From positions 48,496,464-48,560,463 of the forward strand of contig NC_043011.1 in NCBI RefSeq assembly GCF_006345805.1: 64,000 bases of DNA, written 5' to 3'. Shown here piece by piece: positions 28,905 through 39,815 of this stretch. The notes beneath the pieces were generated by a model. That model was not told the DNA's origin, did no database searches, and saw only the letters and a list, made by a program, of their open reading frames with translations. This stretch comes from Octopus sinensis (taxonomy: Eukaryota). Positions within the stretch are counted from its first letter, which is position 1, and each line of letters begins with the position of its first letter. The translations under genes and the position numbers were made by a program.

Positions 28905-29420
28905 AAGAAAACACAGAGTGCTCCATTTCTCATCCAGTGGCACTCATCATCAGCTGAGTGCTGTGCTTCGACAAAATTTTGGCCCATTAAGCTCAGCATC
29001 TCTCTACATGGTGGGTCTGCAACAGCTGGATGTATTGCATTGCAACTGGACTCATGATATTTTTGTGACCTTATACGCATTCAGAAACCTCCTGATAATC
29101 AAAGCACTACCCTCAATTGTTTTCCTCATAGCAGATACACCATCCACCTTCAGAGAAGCTGCTGGGAAACCCCTGCAGCCAAAATCGAACGCAACCAGCT
29201 CACAGATGTAACCCTTCTTCCAAATCTCAGCTACCAGCTCTTCATAGCCCAAACAGCTTCTGCTCATGGGCCTCAGCAATGCTCTTCTCCCATGGCACAG
29301 TAAGCTCCCCAAGGACCACATGTCTCTGACCCTCAACCAACAAAACAAGGTTGGGCTGGAGAGCTGACGCAATGATGCTTTCAGGCAATGGCTTGTCCAC
29401 AAACACTTCCCATTTTCTGA
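28905..29420 (-). mobile_element. 3' fragment of a HERO/R2-group non-LTR retrotransposon (restriction-like endonuclease + 3'UTR), frameshifted
   Basis: 29416-29242: KWEVFVDKPLPESIIASALQPNLVLLVEGQRHVVLGELTVPWEKSIAEAHEQKL; next frame GYEELVAEIWKKGYICELVAFDFGCRGF. Matches the PD..ELTVPWE..EVGCRGF pattern, with catalytic D>N. Confidence 0.8.
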
Positions 29421-29428
29421 TCTATACA

Positions 29429-29463
<35 letters not shown>

Positions 29464-29512
29464 AAACAAGTCAAAAATAGAAAATGCTAAAATAATTTTA
29501 TAGTGAACATTT

Positions 29513-29550
29513 CAGTACCGGTTTCGGTCATTTTGAGACCTTTTCAACTG
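29513..29550 (-). ncRNA. Mirror copy of hammerhead H2 in the left arm of the foldback
   Basis: Exact reverse complement of 29688-29725. Confidence 0.7.
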
Positions 29551-29687
29551 TAACGATTAAATAATTAAATTTAGAAAATTTAGAAGAAAAGTTTTTTTAA
29601 AAGAATATTTCTATAGTAGTGTTCAGATTTAAGTGGCATTCTGCCTTTCTCTGACTCCCTTGTTTGCACTTAATCATTTAATCGTTA

Positions 29688-29725
29688 CAGTTGAAAAGGT
29701 CTCAAAATGACCGAAACCGGTACTG
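29688..29725 (+). ncRNA. Minimal type I hammerhead ribozyme motif, U3-A8 core variant (family H2)
   Basis: CAG-UUGAAAA-GGUC(UCAAAAU)GACC-GAA-ACCGGU-A-CUG: 3-bp stem I, 4-bp stem II, palindromic stem III, GUA triplet. Confidence 0.7.
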
Positions 29726-29817
29726 AAATGTTCACTATAAAATTATTTTAGCATTTTCTATTTTTGACTTGTTTTTTCATATATATCAACTCGTGTGTTC
29801 CTTTTCACCCTTATACA

Positions 29818-29851
<34 letters not shown>

Positions 29852-29864
29852 CATATATACATAC

Positions 29865-29899
<35 letters not shown>

Positions 29900-29987
29900 T
29901 TTATACATATATATATATATATTGATAGAAATGGTAAGACAACTAAAGAATGAAAGAGACCTCGATATTATGTAAATAGAAGAATTT

Positions 29988-30151
29988 ATCTGTAAATGTA
30001 ATATGTGACAATTATTTGGTAGCCATGATAAAACTCTGAGTTTCGGATGGCCGGATTACTGAAGAGATGGCAGCGGGGATTTCCACCCTGACATCCGAAA
30101 CTCGGAGTTTTAACATGGCTACCGAATAATTGTCACATATTACATTTACAG

Positions 30152-30153
<2 letters not shown>
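29988..30153. mobile_element. Foldback element carrying H5, followed by (AT)n
   Basis: 62-bp arms 29988-30049 and 30092-30153 with 3 mismatches seen. Confidence 0.7.
30054..30114 (+). ncRNA. Hammerhead-like motif with long stem II, partly decayed (family H5)
   Basis: gatta-CTGAAGA-gatg...catc(c)-GAA-actcggagt-t-ttaac; stem I imperfect, one unpaired C before GAAA. Confidence 0.45.
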
Positions 30154-30183
<30 letters not shown>

Positions 30184-30187
30184 TATA

Positions 30188-30230
<43 letters not shown>

Positions 30231-31104
30231 CACCAGAGGATGGACAGGAGAGGTCATGAGATGAGAATTTTCATAGCAAAATAGAAAGTAGGTGGGAGTT
30301 TTTACCAGTGGATAGCATGGTGCAGTGGTTAGGGTGGTGTGATTGTAATCACAAGATTGTGGTTTTGATTCCTTTACTGGGCAGTGTATTTTGCTCTGAA
30401 GCAAAATTCTTCCTTTCATATAGCTCTATGATAACTTTGACATAAGATGAATGACACATTATGTGTCTGTATAGGCATAACCATTTCGAGGGTGAGAATA
30501 AGCTTAGGTACAGTAGAAACATTTGATCACTTTAAACAAATCAACTGCGTTGGTTCTTCAGTAAGAAATCGCAGATTCATTTAACTTGGACCTAAGAGAC
30601 TATCAACGACAACAGCTACAACAACAATAGCAACAACAGCAAGAATAAGAGTGGGGGCTGAGTGTGATAGACATATGCACACATGCATTTGTGTGTGTTT
30701 GTATGAATGAATTTATCATTGCATTTTGATGTGCAACAGTTTGAACATTTTAGACTCGAACAAATTGGAGCTTTACTAAATCAAATATTAGGAAAACGGA
30801 TACAAATTATGCACAAGCAATCCAAATTTATAGCGTATAGACACTATTCATATATTTCTTTTATCTTGGCTATCATCATATTCTAAATTCTAGGTTTTAA
30901 ACAAATGCTTGTGTTTATGAGAGATAGAGAAAGAGAAAGAGAGAGAAAGAGAGAGAGAGAGGGAGATGGTGTGTGTGTGTGAGTGTGTATTGAGTCTTCA
31001 CATATAGTTACGTATGCGACCACTTATACAAATACACTAATACTATATAAAATGGCTGTTTCTCTAATCTAATAATTCTATTAAGCAACCAAAGTATATA
31101 ATCG

Positions 31105-31161
31105 CACCATATATATGCATGTATATATATATGCATGTATATATATATATACATATATATA

Positions 31162-31192
<31 letters not shown>

Positions 31193-31214
31193 ATATGCAT
31201 GTATATATATATAT

Positions 31215-31273
<59 letters not shown>

Positions 31274-31396
31274 ATGTATGTATATATGTATGTATGTATT
31301 TATATATATGTATGTATGTATTTATATATATGTATGTATGTATGTATGTATATATGTGTATATATATATATGTATCTATATATATATGTATATATG

Positions 31397-31431
<35 letters not shown>

Positions 31432-31560
31432 CTGTATCAGTATATATATATACATACACAAATACATATACATACACACTTGTATATACGATGTATGCGT
31501 GTTCATGTGTACATTCATATGCATATATTTATACATGCAAATGTACACACTATTAGGATG
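31105..31560. repeat. Compound (TA)/(TG)/(TATG) microsatellite; similar tracts at ~8940-9290, 13035-13220, 22500-23020, 33405-33750, 34440-34840 and 52020-52520
   Basis: Visible directly. Confidence 0.95.
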
Positions 31561-32469
31561 GAAAATATATATATATTACTCTATCAGAAAGTAGAATTTC
31601 CACATTGTTATTTGTCATATTTTGTTCCGTTTCTCTTTGCCAGTTTTTGAGATGTGAAAGCACAATAAAGAGAGAGGGGTGGAAAGAAGCAGCAACAGAG
31701 ATGGTGGGAGATAAAGAAAGTGAAACAAAGACAGAGAGAGAGAGAAAGGAACATAATTGGAAAATATAAACATATACAATCATCATCATCATCTTTATCA
31801 ATACCATCAGCAAATAAAAATTTCAGGAAAATTACATGATAAATAACTTTATAAATCTGCTAGCTAATCCATTTTCTGCTATTTCTTTATAAACTATAAA
31901 TCTATTATGACATCTTAATGGGTCCTTCTGTCACATATACATTTATTAAATGCTGTTTAGGAGATAGGGAGAGAAGTGTTATATATTTTGTTATTTAATT
32001 TCATCCGTTTAGTTTTTAGGTTTTATTATTCGTTTTCATTATACAATCCCGCTGAAAATACCAAAAAAAAAAAAGAAACAACATATGCATGTGAGACTGG
32101 CATGAAGATTGCAAATGAACCTCATTTGCTAAAATGCTATAAGACAAAAAGTGCGATATGAAAGTATAAAAGAGTGGGTGGAAAACTTGAATATTTCATA
32201 ATTTTTCTCTCAAAAAATATCGCAAAATCTTGAAACCATTTTCATGAAATTCTCATTATTCTTATGACTGTACTAATGCCACCACAGCCACAACGAATTT
32301 CTTATATTTTTGTTTGCAAATATTTGCATATATTTGTACATTTTTTTTTCAGCATTTCAATTTTTTGTTTTTATTTAACAATAAACTTCAAAAATATTGT
32401 TTATCTTTGAAAAATACATATAAAAAAAACATGATTAAGTTTTTGCTAATGAGACAATTTCTGGATATA

Positions 32470-33003
32470 GGAATGGCTGTGTAGACAGGGATTTACTTCA
32501 AAACCATTGTGGCTGCAGTCTTGATTTCAATTCATGGCATTTTGGTTGAATAACGCAGATGTGGCTGTGTGGTAAGAAGCTTACTTTCAAACCATATGGT
32601 ACCAGGTTCAATCCTATTGCATGGTACCTTAGACAGCTGTGTGGTAAGTAGCTTGCTTACCAACCATATGGTTCCAGGTTCAGTCCCACTGCATGGCACT
32701 TTGGGCAAGTGTCTTCTGCTATAGCCTCGGGCCGACCAAAGCCTTGTGAGTGGATTTGGTAGACGGAAACTGAAAGAAGCCCGTCATATATATCTAAATA
32801 TATGTACGTGTGTGCTTATGTTTGTGTGTCTGTGTTTGTCCCTACCAACATTGCTTGACAACTGATGTTGGTGTATTTCCATTCCTGTAACTTAGCGGTT
32901 CAGCAAAAGAGACCAATAGCATAAGTACTAGGCTTACAAAGAATAAGTCTGGAGGTTGATTTATTCAACTAAAAGTAGTGCTCCAACATGATTGCATTCA
33001 AAT
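32470..33003 (+). mobile_element. SINE family A with tandemly repeated heads
   Basis: Head-like ggctgtgt(a/g)g segments at ~32475, ~32562 and ~32636 precede one body. Confidence 0.7.
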
Positions 33004-33529
33004 AAGTGTTAGTTTGTGTGTGTGAATGTGTGTGTGAGTGTGTGTGTGTATGTGTGCGTGTATGTGTGTGCATGTCTGTGTGTATGTGTATATAAATAGA
33101 TCATTCTATATATATATATATATATATGTGTATATATATAAAATCCATCTATTTATCTATCTGACTATAATCTGTGAATAGGTGTAGATAGAACAGAGGC
33201 AGGCAGGAGGTAAATTTTTGTATGCCATGGATCCACAGGAGCAGAAAGCAGTAAGAGCATATGTGGAATAGATTCATTCAAACTCCCTGAAGTTCTCTAA
33301 AAAGAAGTTAATAGGTTTTGTTACCTAGGTAACCTAATTGACAGTGAAGGTAGTTGTTCTCTTGGCAATAAAGGGCTTCTCTCTCACAGTGAATAGCAGA
33401 ATACACATATATGCATATATTTATATATATATATATATATACATACATGTATAATCTATATGTATACATATATATGTATGTGTATGTATATATATATTAT
33501 ATATATATATATATATATGTATGTGTATG

Positions 33530-33561
<32 letters not shown>

Positions 33562-33633
33562 GTATGTGTATGTATGTATATATATATATATGTGTATGTA
33601 TATATATATATATATGTATGTATATATATATAC

Positions 33634-33737
<104 letters not shown>

Positions 33738-33845
33738 CATAGATATAGATATATGAATAACTAAGATTCAGTTGAATTAGGTACTTAAGTTGAAGACCCA
33801 ACTCAGTCTGGTATTATCCGCACAGCTCGAAGTAAGGTGAACAAG

Positions 33846-34089
33846 ATTAAAATAAGCAACAGGATATCAAGTAGTAATGCAGTGTAACTGTTTCAAGCGG
33901 CTCCATTTAATTGAACAATGCAATCATTACATCAATTTAAATGAAGTGCCATTTTTATTTATTTATTTATTTGTGCAACTGAAGATGGCGCCGCATTGAA
34001 ATTGATGTAATGATTGCATTGTTCAATTAAATGGAGCTGCTTGAAACGGTTGTACTGCGTCACTACTAGATATCCTGTTGCTTTGTTTG

Positions 34090-34091
<2 letters not shown>
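33846..34091. mobile_element. Foldback element followed by (AT)n; same family as 4385-4512
   Basis: Arms ~33846-33943 and ~33994-34091 (aagcaacaggatatc... / ...gatatcctgttgctt). Confidence 0.65.
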
Positions 34092-34139
<48 letters not shown>

Positions 34140-34211
34140 TATATATACATATATAGATATACACACATATGCATACACACACACATATATATATATATAT
34201 GCATACGTATA

Positions 34212-34390
34212 AATATAAAATAGTGTACATTTAAACATAAGAGAAAACTGCCTTCAACAGGCAGTTTTTACACGCTAGAAGAAGTAGTCAAAATGACCAA
34301 AGCCACATTTAAGACTACTTCTTTTAGCATGTAAAAACTGCCTGTTGAAGGCAGTTTTCTCTTGTTTTTAAACGTACACTATTTTATATT
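34212..34390. mobile_element. Foldback / MITE-like element with a nested hairpin in each arm
   Basis: 78-bp arms 34212-34289 and 34313-34390; each holds aaaactgcc-N7-ggcagtttt. Confidence 0.7.
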
Positions 34391-34701
34391 GAGAATATGT
34401 TGTCTATCGACTTTATATACATACTAGGCCACTGGTGGTAAATTTTCAAAAAACTAACCACCCTATATATATATTTTACATATAAATACATATATATACA
34501 CACATATTATATATATATATATATATATATACATATATGTATGTGTGTGTGTGTGTAGATATATCTATATATACATAAATACATGTATAATATATTAGTA
34601 TATACATATATATATAAATATTTATATATACACACACATACATATATACATAAACACACACAAACACACACACACATATATATATACGTAAACACACACA
34701 A

Positions 34702-34736
<35 letters not shown>

Positions 34737-34850
34737 CATGCATGCAGATACATTTGCATATGCATGCATTTGTATAAGCATATATGTATATACAAGTATA
34801 TGAATATATATTTGCATATAAATTATGATATGTGAATGTGTGCATGGATT

Positions 34851-35072
34851 AAGGTGGTGAGCTGGTAGAACCGAGGTGGCACGCTGGGCAAAATCCTTAA
34901 TGGGTTTTCGGCCACTGCTATGTTCTGAGTTCAAATTCCCCCAAGATCGACTCCACCTTTCATCTTTTTGGGATCGATAAATTAAGTACCAGTGAAACAC
35001 TGGAGTCAATGTAATCGACTAACCCACTTCCCCTTCAAAGTTCAAGGCCTCGTGCCTTCAGTAGAAAAGATT

Positions 35073-35075
<3 letters not shown>
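34851..35075 (+). mobile_element. SINE family B followed by (TTA)n
   Basis: Homology to 48133-48369. Confidence 0.7.
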
Positions 35076-35142
<67 letters not shown>

Positions 35143-35789
35143 GCCACTGATGAAGCAAACACAGGTAGGTTAAGAAAGGTGATGAATTGCTGGCACCGTC
35201 TTCTTATCTCATTCGTACATATCAGATTGTATAGAAATCATGAATTATGCATTAGATGTGAAGATTGCTGCCTTTCCTGACGAACAGAAAACCCAAAATA
35301 TATACTTTATATTCAAATGCATTTAAATATTACCCACACAAATACGCACACATATTTATGTGTGTATCTGTATGTGCTTGACTCTGTGTGTGTGTGTGTG
35401 TGTGTGTGCATAGACACTTGTGGAATTATATGTATATGCATTCACATACGTATATATCTATATGTTGGACAAACACAAACACATACATCCATACACGCAA
35501 ACACACAATCATCATCAGCATTATCACCATCACCATCATCATAATCTATTTTCCCCGATATTTTAAAAGATTTCTTTTATGTTTTCTTTTGTTTACTTAA
35601 CCTGACAGATTTGTGAGAAATTCTTCTGAAAGCTGCTTCTGTCCTTGATGAGGTCAATAAGTCATACACAAAGGTCGTAGGTCATAATACCTAGCTTAAA
35701 TGAGTTGACCTCTGTTTGCATATTTCATCTAGAACTATGAAACATCTCAGATCTCAATTCATAATAAATTTGTATATGACTGGCGCTAT

Positions 35790-37996
35790 ATAGAATGCGC
35801 TGGTGTTAATGCCTCGTAAGAAAGCACTGGTGCTGGTGCCACGTAAAAGGCACAAGTGCTGGTGTCACATAAAAGGCACAGGAACTGGTGTCACAGAAAA
35901 AGCGCTGGTGCTGGTGCCACATAAAAGGCACAGGAACTGGTGTCACAGAAAAAGCGCTGGTGCTGGTGCCATGTATAAATTACTGGTGCTGGTGCCGCAT
36001 AAAAAGCACTGGTGTTGGCACCGGTGTCACACAAGAAGCAATGGGGCTGGTGCCACGTAAAAGGCACAGGTGCTGGTGTCACATGAAAGGCACTGGTACT
36101 GGTGCTGGTACCACATAAACAGCACTGATGCCACACAAGAAGCACTGTTGCTGGTGCCATGTAAAAATCACAGGTGCTGGTGCCACATAAAAGGCACAGG
36201 TGCTGGTGTCACAGAAAAAGCGCTGGTGCTGGTGCCATGTATAAATTACTGGTGCTGGTGCCGCATAAAAAGCACTGGTGTTGGCACCAGTGTCACACAA
36301 GAAGCAATGGGGCTGGTGCCACGTAAAAGGCACAGGTGCTGGTGTCACATGAAAGGCACTGGTACTGGTGCTGGTACCACATAAACAGCACTGATACCAC
36401 ACAAGAAGCACTGTTGCTGGTGCCATGTAAAAATCACAGGTGTTGGTGCCACATAAAAGGCACAGGTGCTGGTGTCACATAGAAGGCGCTGGTACTGGTG
36501 ATAGTACCACATAAAAAACACTGGTGCTGTTGCCACGTAAAAGGCACAGGTGCTGGTGTCACATAGAAGGCGCTGGTACTGGTGATAGTACCACATAAAA
36601 AACACTGGTGCTGTTGCCACGTAAAAGGCACAGGTGCTGGTGTCACATAGAAGGCGCTGGTACTGGTGATAGTACCACATAAAAAACACTGGTGCTGGTG
36701 CCATGTAAAAGGCACAGGTGTTGGTGTCACATAGAAGGCGCTGGTACTGGTGATAGTACCACATAAAAAACACTGGTGCTGGTGCCACGTAAAAGGCACA
36801 GGTGCTGGTGTCACATAGAAGGCGCTGGTACTGGTGATAGTACCACATAAAAAACACTGGTGCTGGTTCCACGTAAAAGCACAGGTGCTGGTGTCACATA
36901 GAAGGCGCTGGTACTGGTGATAGTACCACATAAAAAACACTGGTGCTGGTGCCATGTAAAAGGCACAGGTGCTGGTGTCACATAGAAGGCGCTGGTACTG
37001 GTGATAGTACCACATAAAAAACACTGGTGCTGGTGCCATGTAAAAGGCACAGGTGTTGGTGTCACATAGAAGGCGCTGGTACTGGTGATAGTACCACATA
37101 AAAAACACTGGTGCTGGTGCCATGTAAAAGGCACAGGTGTTGGTGTCACATAGAAGGCGCTGGTACTGGTGATAGTACCACATAAAAAACACTGGTGCTG
37201 GTGCCACGTAAAAGGCACAGGTGCTGGTGTCACATAGAAGGCGCTGGTACTGGTGATAGTACCACATAAAAAACACTGGTGCTGGTGCCACGTAAAAGGC
37301 ACAGGTGCTGGTGTCACATAGAAGGCGCTGGTACTGGTGATAGTACCACATAAAAAACACTGGTGCTGGTGCCATGTAAAAGGCACAGGTGCTGGTGTCA
37401 CATAGAAGGCGCTGGTACTGGTGATAGTACCACATAAAAAACACTGGTGCTGGTGCCACGTAAAAGGCACAGGTGCTGGTGTCACATAGAAGGCGCTGGT
37501 ACTGGTGATAGTACCACATAAAAAACACTGGTGCTGGTGCCATGTAAAAGGCACAGGTGTTGGTGTCACATAGAAGGCGCTGGTACTGGTGATAGTACCA
37601 CATAAAAAACACTGGTGCTGGTGCCATGTAAAAGGCACAGGTGTTGGTGTCACATAGAAGGCGCTGGTACTGGTGATAGTACCACATAAAAAACACTGGT
37701 GCTGGTGCCACGTAAAAGGCACAGGTGCTGGTGTCACATAGAAGGCGCTGGTACTGGTGATAGTACCACATAAAAAACACTGGTGCTGGTGCCATGTAAA
37801 AGGCACAGGTGTTGGTGCCACATAAAAAGTGCTGGTGCTACATAAGTGGCACTGGTGTTGGTGTCATATAAAAGGTACTGATCCTGGTGTCACATAAAAG
37901 GCACTGGTGCTGGTGGTACATAAGAAGCACTGGTGTAGGTGCCACTTGAAATGCACTGATGTTGGTGCCATGAAAAAGGCACTCAGTACACTCTGG
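35790..37996. repeat. Minisatellite of ~26-bp monomers in higher-order 266-bp (x2) and 84-bp (~x16) units
   Basis: agaaggcgct anchor every 84 bp from 36481 to 37740, one 83-bp unit; block at 35944 repeats at 36210. Confidence 0.95.
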
Positions 37997-38609
37997 TTTT
38001 TCAATTCACACCTTAGAAGTAATTAATGCTTTAAATAATGAAAATATTTTTTTAAATCAGGCATAGCCTTGTGGCTAAAAATTTTTTCCTTACAACCACA
38101 AAGTCATGAGAAAGAGTAACTACTATAGACTCTGCTGGACCACCAGCATCCATATGGAATTTGGTAGATGGAGATTTATGGCAATCATACAAAGATGGAG
38201 ATGAATGCTTAAACTAAAATTTAATTTTCACGTTAACGAATTTGTTTTGCAAGATTCCTGATGTGAAATCGTGTGTTGAAACAAATATTGTTATATTTAG
38301 TGATGGTCATCTTTTTTCTTTTTCTGTCATTCTGTTCTGACTTTCAAAAGACAGAATGGACTAAGCAGAATGGGATTTGACACGTGGGATGGAGAGTTGG
38401 TGAAGAGGTCACAGGATGTGTGATGAAAGATTTCCAGGCATAGGACATAAAATAAGAACAATAATAAAACAAATCTGAAGTGAAGAACAGATATATCGTG
38501 TGTGTGTGTGTTGTTATTTGGGAAAAATAAAAAAATTACCATCCTGAAATATAACAATGAAATTTAATTTATTCCTAAAGCAATCAAAAACCTAAAACCT
38601 TCAGTATCT

Positions 38610-38830
38610 CAGTATTTTTATTTTTCATATTTTTATTTTTTCATTTTTATTTTTTCATATTTCTATTTTCCATATTTTTATTTTGCATTTTTTCGTATTT
38701 TTATTTTCCATATTAATATTTTTTTAATATTAATATTTTAATTTTTTCATATTTTGATTTTTCATATTTGTATTTTTCATATTTTTATTTTCTCATATTT
38801 TTATTTTTCATATTTTTATTTGCATATGAA
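38610..38830. repeat. Degenerate ~14-16-bp T-rich minisatellite (tttcatatttttatt)
   Basis: Visible directly. Confidence 0.8.
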
Positions 38831-39536
38831 TCATCAACACACCAGGCAAAACACTCAGTGGCATTTGGTCTGTCTTTACATTCTAAGATCAAATTCCACC
38901 GAGGTTGACTTTACTTTGCATCCTTTCAGGGTCAATAAAATGAGTACCAGTCAAGCTCTGTGGTCGATGTAGTTTACTACGCCCCTCCCCAGCACTTGCA
39001 AGCCTTATGCCAAAAGTTGAAAGCATTATTTATATGTGTGTGTTTGTCAGTGTTTGCATTCATTTGTTTTTTTATACACCCAGGCCTATTGCCCATTTTT
39101 TAAAGAGGGGGTAGCCACAACAAGACACACGACAGGCATTTCATTCGTTTCCCAGCTCAAAGAGGCGAGCTCCATTCTATGATTGGGTCAAGGTACAGAA
39201 TACACCTCCTAATATCATGCTGGTTCCATGCTCATTTGAGCAACTTCAAAATTCACTCGTCTGTCCACAAAAACTCTCCAAGTTTTCCTATCATTTATAA
39301 ACTCTCTTGCCTCTCTCTCTCTCCAGCATCTCTAACCCCCAAAGATTTCCTCCATCCATTTGCACAAACTGTGTACATTTATGTTATATAACTAAGCAGT
39401 TTGACAAATAGATGATGATAAAATTAACACCAAGCTCAAATAAGTATAGAGGTGAGTATGATTCAACTAAACCCTTGAAAGCAGTGCTCCAGCATGGGCA
39501 TGGTCCAATCAGTAACATAGTAAAAAAATTGCCCAT

Positions 39537-39641
39537 GGGCATATGGCGTAGTGGTTAAGAGCGTGGTCTACTAACCCCAAGATTCCGAGTTCGATTCCAA
39601 ACAGTGGCTTGAACAACAACAACAACAATAATAATAATAAT

Positions 39642-39675
<34 letters not shown>

Positions 39676-39815
39676 TCGAAAACTACCTCAGGAATGAGAA
39701 CCCAGGTTTGAAATTTCCCCAAGACACCTGATGAAAGCTGGAGGGTATATCAGCCAAAACGTTGTGTTAACAATAAACAAGATGAGGACAAATATCGTCA
39801 AATGTAAATAATGTA
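39537..39815 (+). mobile_element. Composite SINE-like element: tRNA-like head + (AAC/AAT)n + H6 hammerhead tail
   Basis: A box TGGCGTAGTGG 39544-39554, B box GAGTTCGATTCC 39587-39598; same order at 51015-51348. Confidence 0.6.
39723..39768 (+). ncRNA. Hammerhead motif, family H6, G12>A mutated
   Basis: gacac-CTGATGA-a-agctg(gagggtatat)cagcc-aaa-acgt-t-gtgtt; retains the ACGT palindromic stem III. Confidence 0.55.

Larger units (their letters stand above)
29452..29786. mobile_element. Near-perfect foldback element with two H2 hammerheads, flanked by (AT)n
   Basis: Arms 29452-29562 and 29676-29786 appear identical by eye (~111 bp); spacer ~113 bp. Confidence 0.75.

Noticed and set aside
31119-31650. 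Long Y/I/C/V/H/T-rich ORFs here and at ~8950-9379, 12963-13424, 22684-23193, 33411-33801, 52015-52524 and 55327-57050
   Set aside because: Translations of (TA)n, (CA)n and (TG)n microsatellites, which lack stop codons in several frames.
39537-39610. Possible genuine tRNA gene (Ser-like), likewise the heads at 21859 and 63421
   Set aside because: Acceptor stems do not close and the heads run into repeat bodies; better explained as SINE heads.
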